Below the pieces are notes generated by a model that was given only the letters and a program-made list of their open reading frames with translations, did not search any database and was not told the DNA's origin. A stretch of 21,763 nt of DNA from Candidatus Micrarchaeota archaeon. GTDB lineage: Archaea; Micrarchaeota; Micrarchaeia; Anstonellales; Bilamarchaeaceae. The stretch lies in assembly GCA_043816005.1 (NCBI GenBank), contig JBDRIM010000034.1, positions 1 through 21,763 of the forward strand, in the 5' to 3' direction. How positions within the stretch are numbered: the stretch's first letter is position 1; the number at the start of each line of letters is the position of its first letter. Positions 1-7,798 of the stretch are shown here, piece by piece. A program made the position numbers and the translations under genes.

Positions 1-2
1 AA

Positions 3-152
3 TTACCAGCGGAAGTTAGAAAACAACATCATGATATTGAAGGTTGGTTGTTTGAATTTGCATCACGAACATTTGATGAAGTGCATTATGCGCTTGCAAA
101 AAGAATAGAACAAGAAAGAAAAAGTAGGGATGATGGAATACGAACTAATTAA
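3..152 (+). CDS. 3' end of a hypothetical protein (truncated by window start)
   Basis: Frame 3 is open from the window edge (LPAEVRKQHHDIEGWLFEF...DGIRTN) to TAA at 150-152; converges on and overlaps the SOD stop by 8 bp. Confidence 0.6.
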   Translation, partial: LPAEVRKQHHDIEGWLFEFASRTFDEVHYALAKRIEQERKSRDDGIRTN

Positions 153-714
153 TGTTTTTTTCAACTACTTCCCAATTTATTACTTTGAAAAACGTACTTA
201 TGTAATCTGCTTTTTTCAAACCATAATCCAGCATAAATGCATGTTCGAAGACATCCATGACAAGTAATGGAACTGCGCCAGAAAGATGGCCAACATCATG
301 TTCATTTATCCAGACATTGAAAAGTTTATTCGCAAGTTTATCATAATATAGAATTACCCAGCCAATGCCCCTCATGGCTCCAGTAGCACGAAAATCTTTT
401 TCCCAATTTTCATAACTGCCAAAATCTTTTTCGATATGTTTTGCCAGTTTTGAATTTTTATCAAATTGCTTGCCACCTTTGATAAGATTGCCAAAATATA
501 GTTCATGCAAAACCATTCCATTATACTCCCAACTAAATCTTCTTTTCAGTTCAGCATATTCTGGAGTACCAAGTTCGATTTTTTTAAACAGTTCAATTAA
601 TTTATTTACATTAGCAACATAACCTTGATAAAGTGTAAAATGATTTTTCAATAATTGATCACTGAACCCATCTGTCCCTAATAATTGTTCAAAATTTTTT
701 ACTTCATAAGTCAT
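145..714 (-). CDS. sod: Fe/Mn superoxide dismutase
   Basis: Metal-ligand motifs NHFTLYQGYV, LHELYF, GIGW and DVFEHAFMLDYG; start moved to ATG 714 (MTYEVK), which follows a GGTGG RBS. Confidence 0.93.
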   Translation of the reverse strand: MTYEVKNFEQLLGTDGFSDQLLKNHFTLYQGYVANVNKLIELFKKIELGTPEYAELKRRFSWEYNGMVLHELYFGNLIKGGKQFDKNSKLAKHIEKDFGSYENWEKDFRATGAMRGIGWVILYYDKLANKLFNVWINEHDVGHLSGAVPLLVMDVFEHAFMLDYGLKKADYISTFFKVINWEVVEKNIN

Positions 715-779
715 AGTACCACCAATAATCAATAGTATTTCAGTGTAGGATTAAAACCTTGAGCCTTGAATCAAAAATC

Positions 780-1109
780 ATGGAAGAAAACAATGAACTA
801 ATAATAGCCTGTAAAAATGGGGATATCAAAACTGTAGACAGATGCATCGCAGAAGGTACGGACATATTTGCGAAAGATAACAAAGGTAGAACTGCACTTT
901 TTTATGCAGCTGAAAATGGACGATTAGATATTGTAAAAAAACTTATTTTTAGTTTAAGAGGCACCGGTTTTGCTCCGCCACGCCAAGGTTTTCTAGAGAT
1001 TAAAAATAATAATGGTGAAAATGCCGCTGATATTGCAGGAAAAAAAGGACATAACGAAATTGTAGACCTAATACTAAGTGAGATCGCAAGGATGAAATAT
1101 TTTGAATGA
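780..1109 (+). CDS. Ankyrin repeat protein (2-3 repeats)
   Basis: LIIACKNGD, GRTALFYAAENGRLDIVKKLI, GENAADIAGKKGHNEIVDLI; ATG 780 preferred over TTG 759. Confidence 0.88.
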   Translation: MEENNELIIACKNGDIKTVDRCIAEGTDIFAKDNKGRTALFYAAENGRLDIVKKLIFSLRGTGFAPPRQGFLEIKNNNGENAADIAGKKGHNEIVDLILSEIARMKYFE

Positions 1110-1111
1110 GA

Positions 1112-1669
1112 TTAAGATTCCTCTTCGTAATTTTCATATACGAGATCATTAAAAGAATATGCAGGTGGATCATCAGTAAATATTTTCAAGCTGTCTTCAC
1201 CCATAAGAAAAGAACCGCTTTCTGATGCAAAAAGATATGGCATATTGTCTACAGAAAATTTAACATAAGACTTACCTTTTTTTGTTACATACACTTTAGC
1301 ATCCTCAGATTCAAGTGAACGCAAAAGTGCAGCAAAAAGAATTGCTTTGTCCATGGCAGTTCCAATTCTTATTTTATCCATATCGTCGAAATTGACCCAA
1401 AAAGTAAATGAAAACTCACATGTTTTTATTGTTCTAACATAATCCATTGCTCTTTGGGCAGCTAGAAGAAAATGTTTTTGTTTTATATATGGTAACATAT
1501 CTGAGAGAAATTGATCTCTGACTTTCTTAATAAATTCATTATATGGAGAAACTCGTTGGCGGGTTTCAGAAATAGAACATGATTCCTTCTCGCTTATCAG
1601 ATCCTTGTATTTGTTTATCACGAGCTTGTAAATCTCGAGCTTGGTAGTAGTATCAAGTTCGTCTGACAT
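1112..1669 (-). CDS. Hypothetical protein, possible degenerate transglutaminase-like fold
   Basis: 185-aa ORF; IGTAMDKAILFAALLRSL resembles the GxCxDxAxLxxALLRxxG core but lacks the Cys. Confidence 0.6.
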   Translation of the reverse strand: MSDELDTTTKLEIYKLVINKYKDLISEKESCSISETRQRVSPYNEFIKKVRDQFLSDMLPYIKQKHFLLAAQRAMDYVRTIKTCEFSFTFWVNFDDMDKIRIGTAMDKAILFAALLRSLESEDAKVYVTKKGKSYVKFSVDNMPYLFASESGSFLMGEDSLKIFTDDPPAYSFNDLVYENYEEES

Positions 1670-1723
1670 TGTAGAATAGAAAGCCAGCGAAGGTATTTAA
1701 CGTTTCGCAATTGTAAAATAGTG

Positions 1724-2569
1724 ATGGCATTTGAATTATTTATTGGGTTAGTTGCAGTTTTGGCTGTTGCTTATGCTTTTCTTGCAAAATACATCCAAAA
1801 CAAATTTATCGATAAAAAACAGATGGAAGACTACCAAGCAAAGATGAAGTTGCTTAGTCAGGATTATGAAAAGGCAAAAAAAACAGGGGATAATAAAAAA
1901 ATGCAAACTGCATTAGACAAACAAATGGCATTTATGCCTGAAATGAACAAAATAATGTTTGCCCAATTCAAGCCGATGATATATATAATAGTCGTATTTG
2001 CTATTTTGAGTTGGGCTATTGGCTGGTTAGATGACACAGCCAAAGATGATATACTATTGAACCTAAAAGACGATGGAATTGGTTGTGATAAGTTTGCAGG
2101 AGATGGAATATATTCTATTTGTCACCAGCTCACTAATGATAATTCCGGCAAATGGACTGCAACAGCCATAGTCTATGAATCAGATCATGAACTTGCAAGG
2201 AACCAGAGTTATTTCCAGTACGATAAGGATAATAATGACAGTTATGTTGAGGCTGGTAGGGGCGAAGATGTTTTAGTAACAACTAACAAGTTAATGTATT
2301 CAAAAGGCGAGAACACAGAAATTTATGTGATACCTGCAAATATAACGAAACCAGGACTTTTGAACTCACCAAGGGAAATTTCAGTTGGACGAGTTGATGT
2401 TGTACTATCAAACGGAACCTACTTCAAAGTAGATCTGCCATTCACAATACCAATCTTGGAATGGAAAGCATTCTATCAACCTATAGTGTGGTTTATTTTT
2501 GTATCATTTATTCTGAATATAGTAATAAGCTTAGTAATGGGTAAGAAAAAAACCGGGGAAAAAAAATGA
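1724..2569 (+). CDS. DUF106 / EMC3-TMCO1 (Oxa1 superfamily) membrane protein with an inserted extracellular domain
   Basis: TM1, coiled coil, FKPMIY before TM2, C-terminal TM with WFIFVSF; lies directly upstream of cmk as in the usual archaeal gene order. Confidence 0.85.
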   Translation: MAFELFIGLVAVLAVAYAFLAKYIQNKFIDKKQMEDYQAKMKLLSQDYEKAKKTGDNKKMQTALDKQMAFMPEMNKIMFAQFKPMIYIIVVFAILSWAIGWLDDTAKDDILLNLKDDGIGCDKFAGDGIYSICHQLTNDNSGKWTATAIVYESDHELARNQSYFQYDKDNNDSYVEAGRGEDVLVTTNKLMYSKGENTEIYVIPANITKPGLLNSPREISVGRVDVVLSNGTYFKVDLPFTIPILEWKAFYQPIVWFIFVSFILNIVISLVMGKKKTGEKK

Positions 2570-3096
2570 TAATTGCAGTTTCTGGTTTGACCGGAAGCGG
2601 AAAGAATACATTGGGCGAACTTTTGGCAAAAAAACTAGACTATGCGCTTGTTTGTCCAACATTCAAAGACCTTGCTGCTAAAGAAGGAATTTCCCTTATG
2701 GAGTTCCAGAAAAAAGCAGAGAAAGATCACAATATTGATAAAAAATTCGATGCGATTCTGAAAGAAATGGTTGTAAAGACAGATGGAAACTGTGTAGTAA
2801 CGACCTGGCTTGGTCCGTGGATTGTTGATGCTGATTTTAGGATAAAAATTTCTGCACCATTAGAAATTAGAGCAGTGAGAGTTGCTAACAGAGACAAAAT
2901 GACTGTTGCACAGGCAACGAAACATGTGAAAGAAAGAGACGAAGAAAACCGTCAACGATATTTGAAAGTGTATGGAATTGATATTTACGACGAGAGCAAA
3001 TTTGATGCAGTTTTGGATAACAGTGATAAAACGCCAGAACAAATACTTGATATGGCCTTAATTGTAATTAAAACAAAAAGTTCTCGAATAAAATAA
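2566..3096 (+). CDS. cmk: Archaeal cytidylate kinase
   Basis: IIAVSGLTGSGKNT P-loop, APLEIRAVRVANRD, RYLKVYGIDI; ATGA overlap with DUF106. Confidence 0.92.
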   Translation: MIIAVSGLTGSGKNTLGELLAKKLDYALVCPTFKDLAAKEGISLMEFQKKAEKDHNIDKKFDAILKEMVVKTDGNCVVTTWLGPWIVDADFRIKISAPLEIRAVRVANRDKMTVAQATKHVKERDEENRQRYLKVYGIDIYDESKFDAVLDNSDKTPEQILDMALIVIKTKSSRIK

Positions 3097-3129
3097 CATT
3101 AATAAAAAGTCCATGATAATTACAAGTTA

Positions 3130-3987
3130 ATGGAAATCAAGAAAATAATAAATAATAGCATTATTCTTATCAATAAACCTCCTGGGCAAGCAAGCCATGA
3201 GATAACTACTTTTGTAAAAAAGATCACAGGTGCAAACAGATCAGGTCATGCTGGTACACTTGATCCAAATGTATCGGGTGTTTTGCCAGTTGCACTTGGC
3301 AGGGCCACCAAATTACTTCGTTATATCGCTGGAAAGGATAAAACATACGTAGGAATTGTCAAGTTCAAAAAAGTGTTCAAAAAGGAAGACATTTTGGCAA
3401 TATTTAAACAGTTTACAGGTGAGTTGATTCAGACGCCGCCAAAGATAAGTGCAGTGAAAAAAGTCCCACGCAAAAGAACTGTATATACCCTGACACTCTT
3501 GGAAAATGATGGACATCTTGCGCTTTTTGAAACAAATGTGGATGCTGGAACGTACATAAGGACACTTTGCGAGGACATGGGAAAAATTTACGGCGGAGCA
3601 AGAATGAAAGAACTTAGACGAACGGCAGTTGGAAAGATCCACGAACAACAAACCTTTACTATGCAAGAACTTATAGATGCTGTTTGGTTTTGGAAAAATA
3701 AAAATGATTCCAGCATATTGGAAAAAATGCTTCATCCACCAGAAAAATTTATAGATTTACGCAAAGTTTATCTTAAGGAAACAGCACTTGCTTCAATACT
3801 TAATGGTGCACAGATTATGATTCCTGCAATAGAAAAGATAGGGGATGTTGAACGTGGTGAGAAAGTAATTGTATATGCAGGTAATGTTTTTGTCGGCGTT
3901 GGTGTGATGGAGATTGCAGGAAGAGAATTCAACAATAAAACAAAGGGCAATGCAATAAAATTGGAAAGAATTCATGCAGAAAGGTGA
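3130..3987 (+). CDS. cbf5: Pseudouridine synthase Cbf5/TruB with PUA domain
   Basis: INKPPGQASH, GHAGTLDPNVSGVL (catalytic Asp), QTPPKISAVK, AGTYIRTLC, ELRRT. Confidence 0.95.
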   Translation: MEIKKIINNSIILINKPPGQASHEITTFVKKITGANRSGHAGTLDPNVSGVLPVALGRATKLLRYIAGKDKTYVGIVKFKKVFKKEDILAIFKQFTGELIQTPPKISAVKKVPRKRTVYTLTLLENDGHLALFETNVDAGTYIRTLCEDMGKIYGGARMKELRRTAVGKIHEQQTFTMQELIDAVWFWKNKNDSSILEKMLHPPEKFIDLRKVYLKETALASILNGAQIMIPAIEKIGDVERGEKVIVYAGNVFVGVGVMEIAGREFNNKTKGNAIKLERIHAER

Positions 3988-4046
3988 TTATATGAGATTT
4001 AAATTAAAAAATTTAAATTCAGTCAAGAACCACGGAGGTTCTTAAC

Positions 4047-4319
4047 ATGGAAGACATTTCGTTAAGAGATAGATTGGCAGTAGAAAGAACAAAATTATCA
4101 CAAGAAAGGACATATCTTTCTTATATCAGAACAGGTATAAGTTTGCTTCTTGGTGGAGTGTTTTTTGTGGGTTATTTTGAATCAGGAACGCTGTATGCGT
4201 GGATTGGATTGATAACCATAGTAATAGCAATTGTTTTCCTCGTATATGGATTTTATAAACATGAGAAAACAAAGAAACTTACGAGGGGTATCCTAGAATT
4301 TGTAAAGGAAACAGATTAG
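4047..4319 (+). CDS. DUF202/YidH family membrane protein
   Basis: LRDRLAVERTKLSQERTYLSYIRTG followed by two TM helices; GGAGG RBS. Confidence 0.88.
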   Translation: MEDISLRDRLAVERTKLSQERTYLSYIRTGISLLLGGVFFVGYFESGTLYAWIGLITIVIAIVFLVYGFYKHEKTKKLTRGILEFVKETD

Positions 4320-5467
4320 ATTTCTACAATTTCAATTTGTTCAATCGTTTTTTCCACGATCCTTTCAATATTTATTTCCTGTTCAATATTTTTTGCATCC
4401 TGAATCCACACTTTTGTGTTTGGATTTTTGTGTGCAACAAGTGAACAACAATCTTTGTATGATTCGATTGAAAGGGAAAAGGTATCTATTTTCATTGCTA
4501 AATCGATAATTTCCTGTTTATTAAAAGAGATTAACGGACGATAGACCGGGAGATTTGCTGCCTCATCAGTTGTAAACAAATTGTCTATTGTTTGTGACGC
4601 CACCTGACCAAGACTGTCACCAGTAACAACTCCCTTATATCGATATTTTCTGGCCAGATTATTAGAAAGATGGAATAAAAATCTTCTGAAGATAACTAGT
4701 TCGAGTTTTGGATTAATCTTCAATGTTGCTTTGTAGAATTCAGTATATGGAACTATAAAAAGTTTGAATTTTGCTGGTGAATATTCCCTCAGTTTTTTTA
4801 AGATTTGTATAATTTTTGAATCAAGAACTTGTTTGTTCTCTGGAAATTGGTGGATATGCAAGTAGTCAACATTACATCCGCGTTTCATCATCAAAAGAGA
4901 TGAAACAGGAGAATCGATGCCGCCAGATAATAACGACAACACCTTACCACTTGAACCAACAGGATTACCGCCAAATCCCTTGAATTTGTCAAAGTATATC
5001 AAAGTTTCATTTGGCAGGATGTCAATGAAAATTGTTTTTTCAGGATTTTTCAAATCTACCGTACATCCTTTATCAACTAGAACTTTACCGATATATGCAC
5101 TTACCTCTTGTGATTTCATAGGGAATGATTTGTCAGCTCTTTTTGTTACAACTTTTATCTTGTGACCAATAAGTTCATGTGAATTTAGAAGAACAGATGT
5201 TTCGATATCTTTTATATTAGAAGGAATAGAAACTGGAAAGGAGATATGATCAATGCCAAAAACTTTCAGAATTGCATATTTTACAATTTCACGATCAAGG
5301 TTATCACATGAAATCAAAATTCTGCTTGCTTTTTTCCTAATATCAAAATTACCATGAGGTAATAGAGCCGAACGTAAATTTGCAATTGTTCTGTTTTCAA
5401 TTAACCTTCGGTTGCCACCTTTTAGTATTGCCTCAGAAAAAGTTGCACTGATAAACAAAATAAGCAC
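4316..5467 (-). CDS. thiI: tRNA 4-thiouridine synthase ThiI (THUMP + PP-loop, no rhodanese domain)
   Basis: KRADKSFP THUMP segment, LLSGGIDSPV PP-loop, GDSLGQVASQT, RPLI, DCC. Confidence 0.95.
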   Translation of the reverse strand: MLILFISATFSEAILKGGNRRLIENRTIANLRSALLPHGNFDIRKKASRILISCDNLDREIVKYAILKVFGIDHISFPVSIPSNIKDIETSVLLNSHELIGHKIKVVTKRADKSFPMKSQEVSAYIGKVLVDKGCTVDLKNPEKTIFIDILPNETLIYFDKFKGFGGNPVGSSGKVLSLLSGGIDSPVSSLLMMKRGCNVDYLHIHQFPENKQVLDSKIIQILKKLREYSPAKFKLFIVPYTEFYKATLKINPKLELVIFRRFLFHLSNNLARKYRYKGVVTGDSLGQVASQTIDNLFTTDEAANLPVYRPLISFNKQEIIDLAMKIDTFSLSIESYKDCCSLVAHKNPNTKVWIQDAKNIEQEINIERIVEKTIEQIEIVEI

Positions 5468-5499
5468 CAGAAAAATATATAGAAGGATTAATTAAAAAA

Positions 5500-6111
5500 T
5501 TAGCTGCATATTTCTGTTTGTATTTTTTCGATCCTAGTAACAGGTTTACAGTCACTTACAATTTTCGTAATGTCATTACATTCATTAACAGTTGGAATAC
5601 CAATAACGTAAAGATTACAATCAGCAGTATTGATTGGATTTCCAGGATTATAAATTTGATAGAAATCAAATGTATCGTTTGTACCATGATTGAAAGTTTT
5701 TGATATTGGTTCCTTCAAAAATGCCCCGCTTGGCAGTGTAAAATTAGCACCAACAGTGATTGTTCCTGATTCCTTTTGTTCATCACTGTTTATCGTCATA
5801 ATACAACGGGTCATGGCAGTACTACATTTTCCACAGTTTTCAATTGATTTCCCAGCGCATGAACCATCGGCAGTGCATAATGTGTTTTTTGAAAGAGATA
5901 ATATTGAATAGTACATCTGTCTTTCATTGCAGTCCGTTGACGTTTTGGTATAATTTACGCATTCTTCAGTTGTAACTGGTTTGTCTGTTTGTATTATTCT
6001 GCATGTTTGAGTAGTTGTTTTATTTTGTTGTGTTTCTAGGGGTAATGCACAACCTGATAAAAAAAGCATTAAAAAAACACTAAACACCAGTACATACTGA
6101 TTATACCCCAC
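5500..6111 (-). CDS. Cys-rich putative lipoprotein, hypothetical
   Basis: GTG at 6111 lies 5 nt after a GGTGA RBS; hydrophobic stretch plus lipobox LSGC; the ORF-track extension to 6378 runs over tRNA-Ser and is spurious. Confidence 0.72.
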   Translation of the reverse strand: MGYNQYVLVFSVFLMLFLSGCALPLETQQNKTTTQTCRIIQTDKPVTTEECVNYTKTSTDCNERQMYYSILSLSKNTLCTADGSCAGKSIENCGKCSTAMTRCIMTINSDEQKESGTITVGANFTLPSGAFLKEPISKTFNHGTNDTFDFYQIYNPGNPINTADCNLYVIGIPTVNECNDITKIVSDCKPVTRIEKIQTEICS

Positions 6112-6172
6112 ATGATTCACCGTAACTAAATATCTCATGAGGTTTATATGTTTTCCTGATTTGGAAAAAAAT

Positions 6173-6183
6173 CGCTGAGGGAG
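6173..6183 (-). repeat. 11-bp direct repeat of the tRNA-Ser 3' end (CTCCCTCAGCG)
   Basis: cgctgagggag at 6173-6183 is identical to 6338-6348. Confidence 0.85.
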
Positions 6184-6337
6184 TTTTGTTTGATGAAATT
6201 CGCTACGCGAATTTGGGAATTGTGAGGGGAGTAACCTCTCAAATAGCAACCAACTTTTTTGGTCCTCCTTATTGTTCGGCGAACCGAACAATGGGCACCA
6301 GGAACTTGTTCCTGATTGTTTTTGGTAAAAAAGGACA

Positions 6338-6660
6338 CGCTGAGGGAGAGATTTGAACTCCCGATCCACGAGGGACACGCTTTCCGCACCCTTTTAGAAA
6401 AAGGGTGCAACCTAAAACTGAATTGCTAATTTTTGCTTTTGTTTCGTTAATTTTTTCGCTTGCGCGAAAAAATCGAAACGCAAAAATGGTTTTGATAAAA
6501 CCGAAAATCCGAAAGGATTTTCCAACAGTCAGTTTTTTGTCAAACTTTTTTTTTCAAAACATCATTGTTGCACAGCAACAATGCGCCCCATTGTTCGATG
6601 AGTCGAACAATGAGGAAGTTTGTTCCAGGCGTGCGCACTACCAGGTTATGCGACCTCAGC
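6338..6660 (-). tRNA. tRNA-Ser(GGA) with 241-nt intron (exons 6660-6623 and 6381-6338)
   Basis: Spliced: GCTGAGG TC GCATAACCTGGTAGTGC G CACGC CT GGA AA GCGTG TCCCTCGTGGATC GGGAG TTCAAAT CTCTC CCTCAGC G; full cloverleaf, long variable arm, G73, no encoded CCA. Confidence 0.93.
6382..6622 (-). other. tRNA-Ser anticodon-loop intron, multi-hairpin
   Basis: Removal restores the 7-nt anticodon loop; GGAA occurs at both junctions, so the register can slide from 33/34 to 37/38. Confidence 0.88.
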
Positions 6661-6678
6661 AATGAACGATAGTAAATT

Positions 6679-6782
6679 GATGAGGACCATTGTTTAAAGA
6701 ACAATTGGGCCTCAGCGTGAAAACAGTTGTTTTACATTAGCTTGGGATCATTGATCGGACCACAGATCAATTGAGCCTCAGC
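6679..6782 (-). repeat. Two tandem covarying hairpins, each starting with the tRNA-Ser 5' acceptor strand GCTGAGG
   Basis: GCTGAGGCCCAATTGTT-CTTTA-AACAATGGTCCTCATC (6716-6679) and GCTGAGGCTCAATTGATC-TGTGGTCC-GATCAATGATCCCAAGC (6782-6740). Confidence 0.75.
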
Positions 6783-6818
6783 AACGAATAATAGGTGGAT
6801 TGTTTTTTAAGCTTCATC

Positions 6819-7694
6819 TTAAGTCTCATAACTAGATGGATCAAGAAGTTCAGTAAACTTTGGTGGTCTTGAAATGATAATTCTCACAGTTGCATCCCCA
6901 AGAAATGGCATTACTGTATTAAGGAATCTATAGGCTAACACATGCCGATTATCAACCATAAAATCACGATACGCAACAAGATGACGAACAAAATCTATAC
7001 GATCATTAAGCAATCTTTTTGCTGTTCTATTAACATCAACATATTCATCAAATGTCGCTTGAGAAACACCAGTGAGTACATGCTCATCCAAAACAAGAGA
7101 GGTTGTTGCAATTGCAATGAGTTCACGAAGAGGCAATCTACCAAGCCCAGTATTTGTTTCGTATTGCATACCAATATCATATTCGCCTCTAAAAGCACGA
7201 CGTTGTAATTCACGTTTAAGCCTAGGGTCCATGTCTTCTCTTCTTAGTAATCTATCAGATTCAGTATCAACTATATGAACAAACTCATGTACAGTAATTC
7301 TTCTTACAGTTCGGATTAATTTTGCAATAGAAGATTGAACTGCCTCGGAATCTTGCCCTTCTTTCCACAAATTATGTTTCATGATATTTGTCAAAATTAA
7401 TCTATTTAAGGGAAGATAGATAAATTTTCCAAAAATGGCACGACCAATAACAGTTGCATCTTGAAAACCACTTGATTTAAGTTTCAAATAATGATACAAA
7501 TCATATCCTGGAATTCTTCTTATAAAACGTACTTTTCCTAATTTATCTGCTGTATTAAAACCACTTACTCTTTCGATTGCTTGTGCTGTTTCATGTAGAA
7601 CTGCCATCCCATCAAATTTTCTAACTTCTGCAAGCATATGTCTTTTCAATTTATAAACAGAACAAATTCGCTTAGCGTATTGGATAGGATGCAT
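6819..7694 (-). CDS. Hypothetical protein with HExxH zinc-peptidase-like motif
   Basis: 291-aa ORF; ITVHEFVHIVD with a possible downstream Glu ligand (LRELIA). Confidence 0.65.
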   Translation of the reverse strand: MHPIQYAKRICSVYKLKRHMLAEVRKFDGMAVLHETAQAIERVSGFNTADKLGKVRFIRRIPGYDLYHYLKLKSSGFQDATVIGRAIFGKFIYLPLNRLILTNIMKHNLWKEGQDSEAVQSSIAKLIRTVRRITVHEFVHIVDTESDRLLRREDMDPRLKRELQRRAFRGEYDIGMQYETNTGLGRLPLRELIAIATTSLVLDEHVLTGVSQATFDEYVDVNRTAKRLLNDRIDFVRHLVAYRDFMVDNRHVLAYRFLNTVMPFLGDATVRIIISRPPKFTELLDPSSYET

Positions 7695-7798
7695 ATGTGA
7701 TTAAAATTGGTGGATAATGTTTTTATATCTACTGATTATACAGAACTAATATTACTTTTTAATAATTCCCCGAGAACTACAATTAGGAGGCGCGTAAA

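Noticed and set aside
3997..4018. ATTTAAATT-N4-AATTTAAAT palindrome
   Set aside because: Pure A/T in a probable promoter; plausible by chance
6382..6622. Group I or II intron, or C/D guide RNA, as the identity of the Ser intron
   Set aside because: I found no P7 core motifs, no register giving both a 5' exon U and a terminal G, no group II domain V and no convincing C/D box pair; an Infernal search would settle it
6112..6665. ORFs 6144..6410, 6405..6665 and the N-terminal extension of 5500..6378
   Set aside because: They overlap tRNA-Ser exons and hairpins and lack protein-like features; the 6405 ORF is antisense to the intron, so it is not an intron-encoded protein
6654..6782. Mini CRISPR array (cctcagc three times at 56/66-bp spacing)
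   Set aside because: The exact repeat is only 7 bp, equals the tRNA 5' end, and no cas genes are nearby
7695..7798. Riboswitch upstream of glyA
   Set aside because: The spacer is short, AT-rich, shared with a divergent gene, and shows no recognisable aptamer
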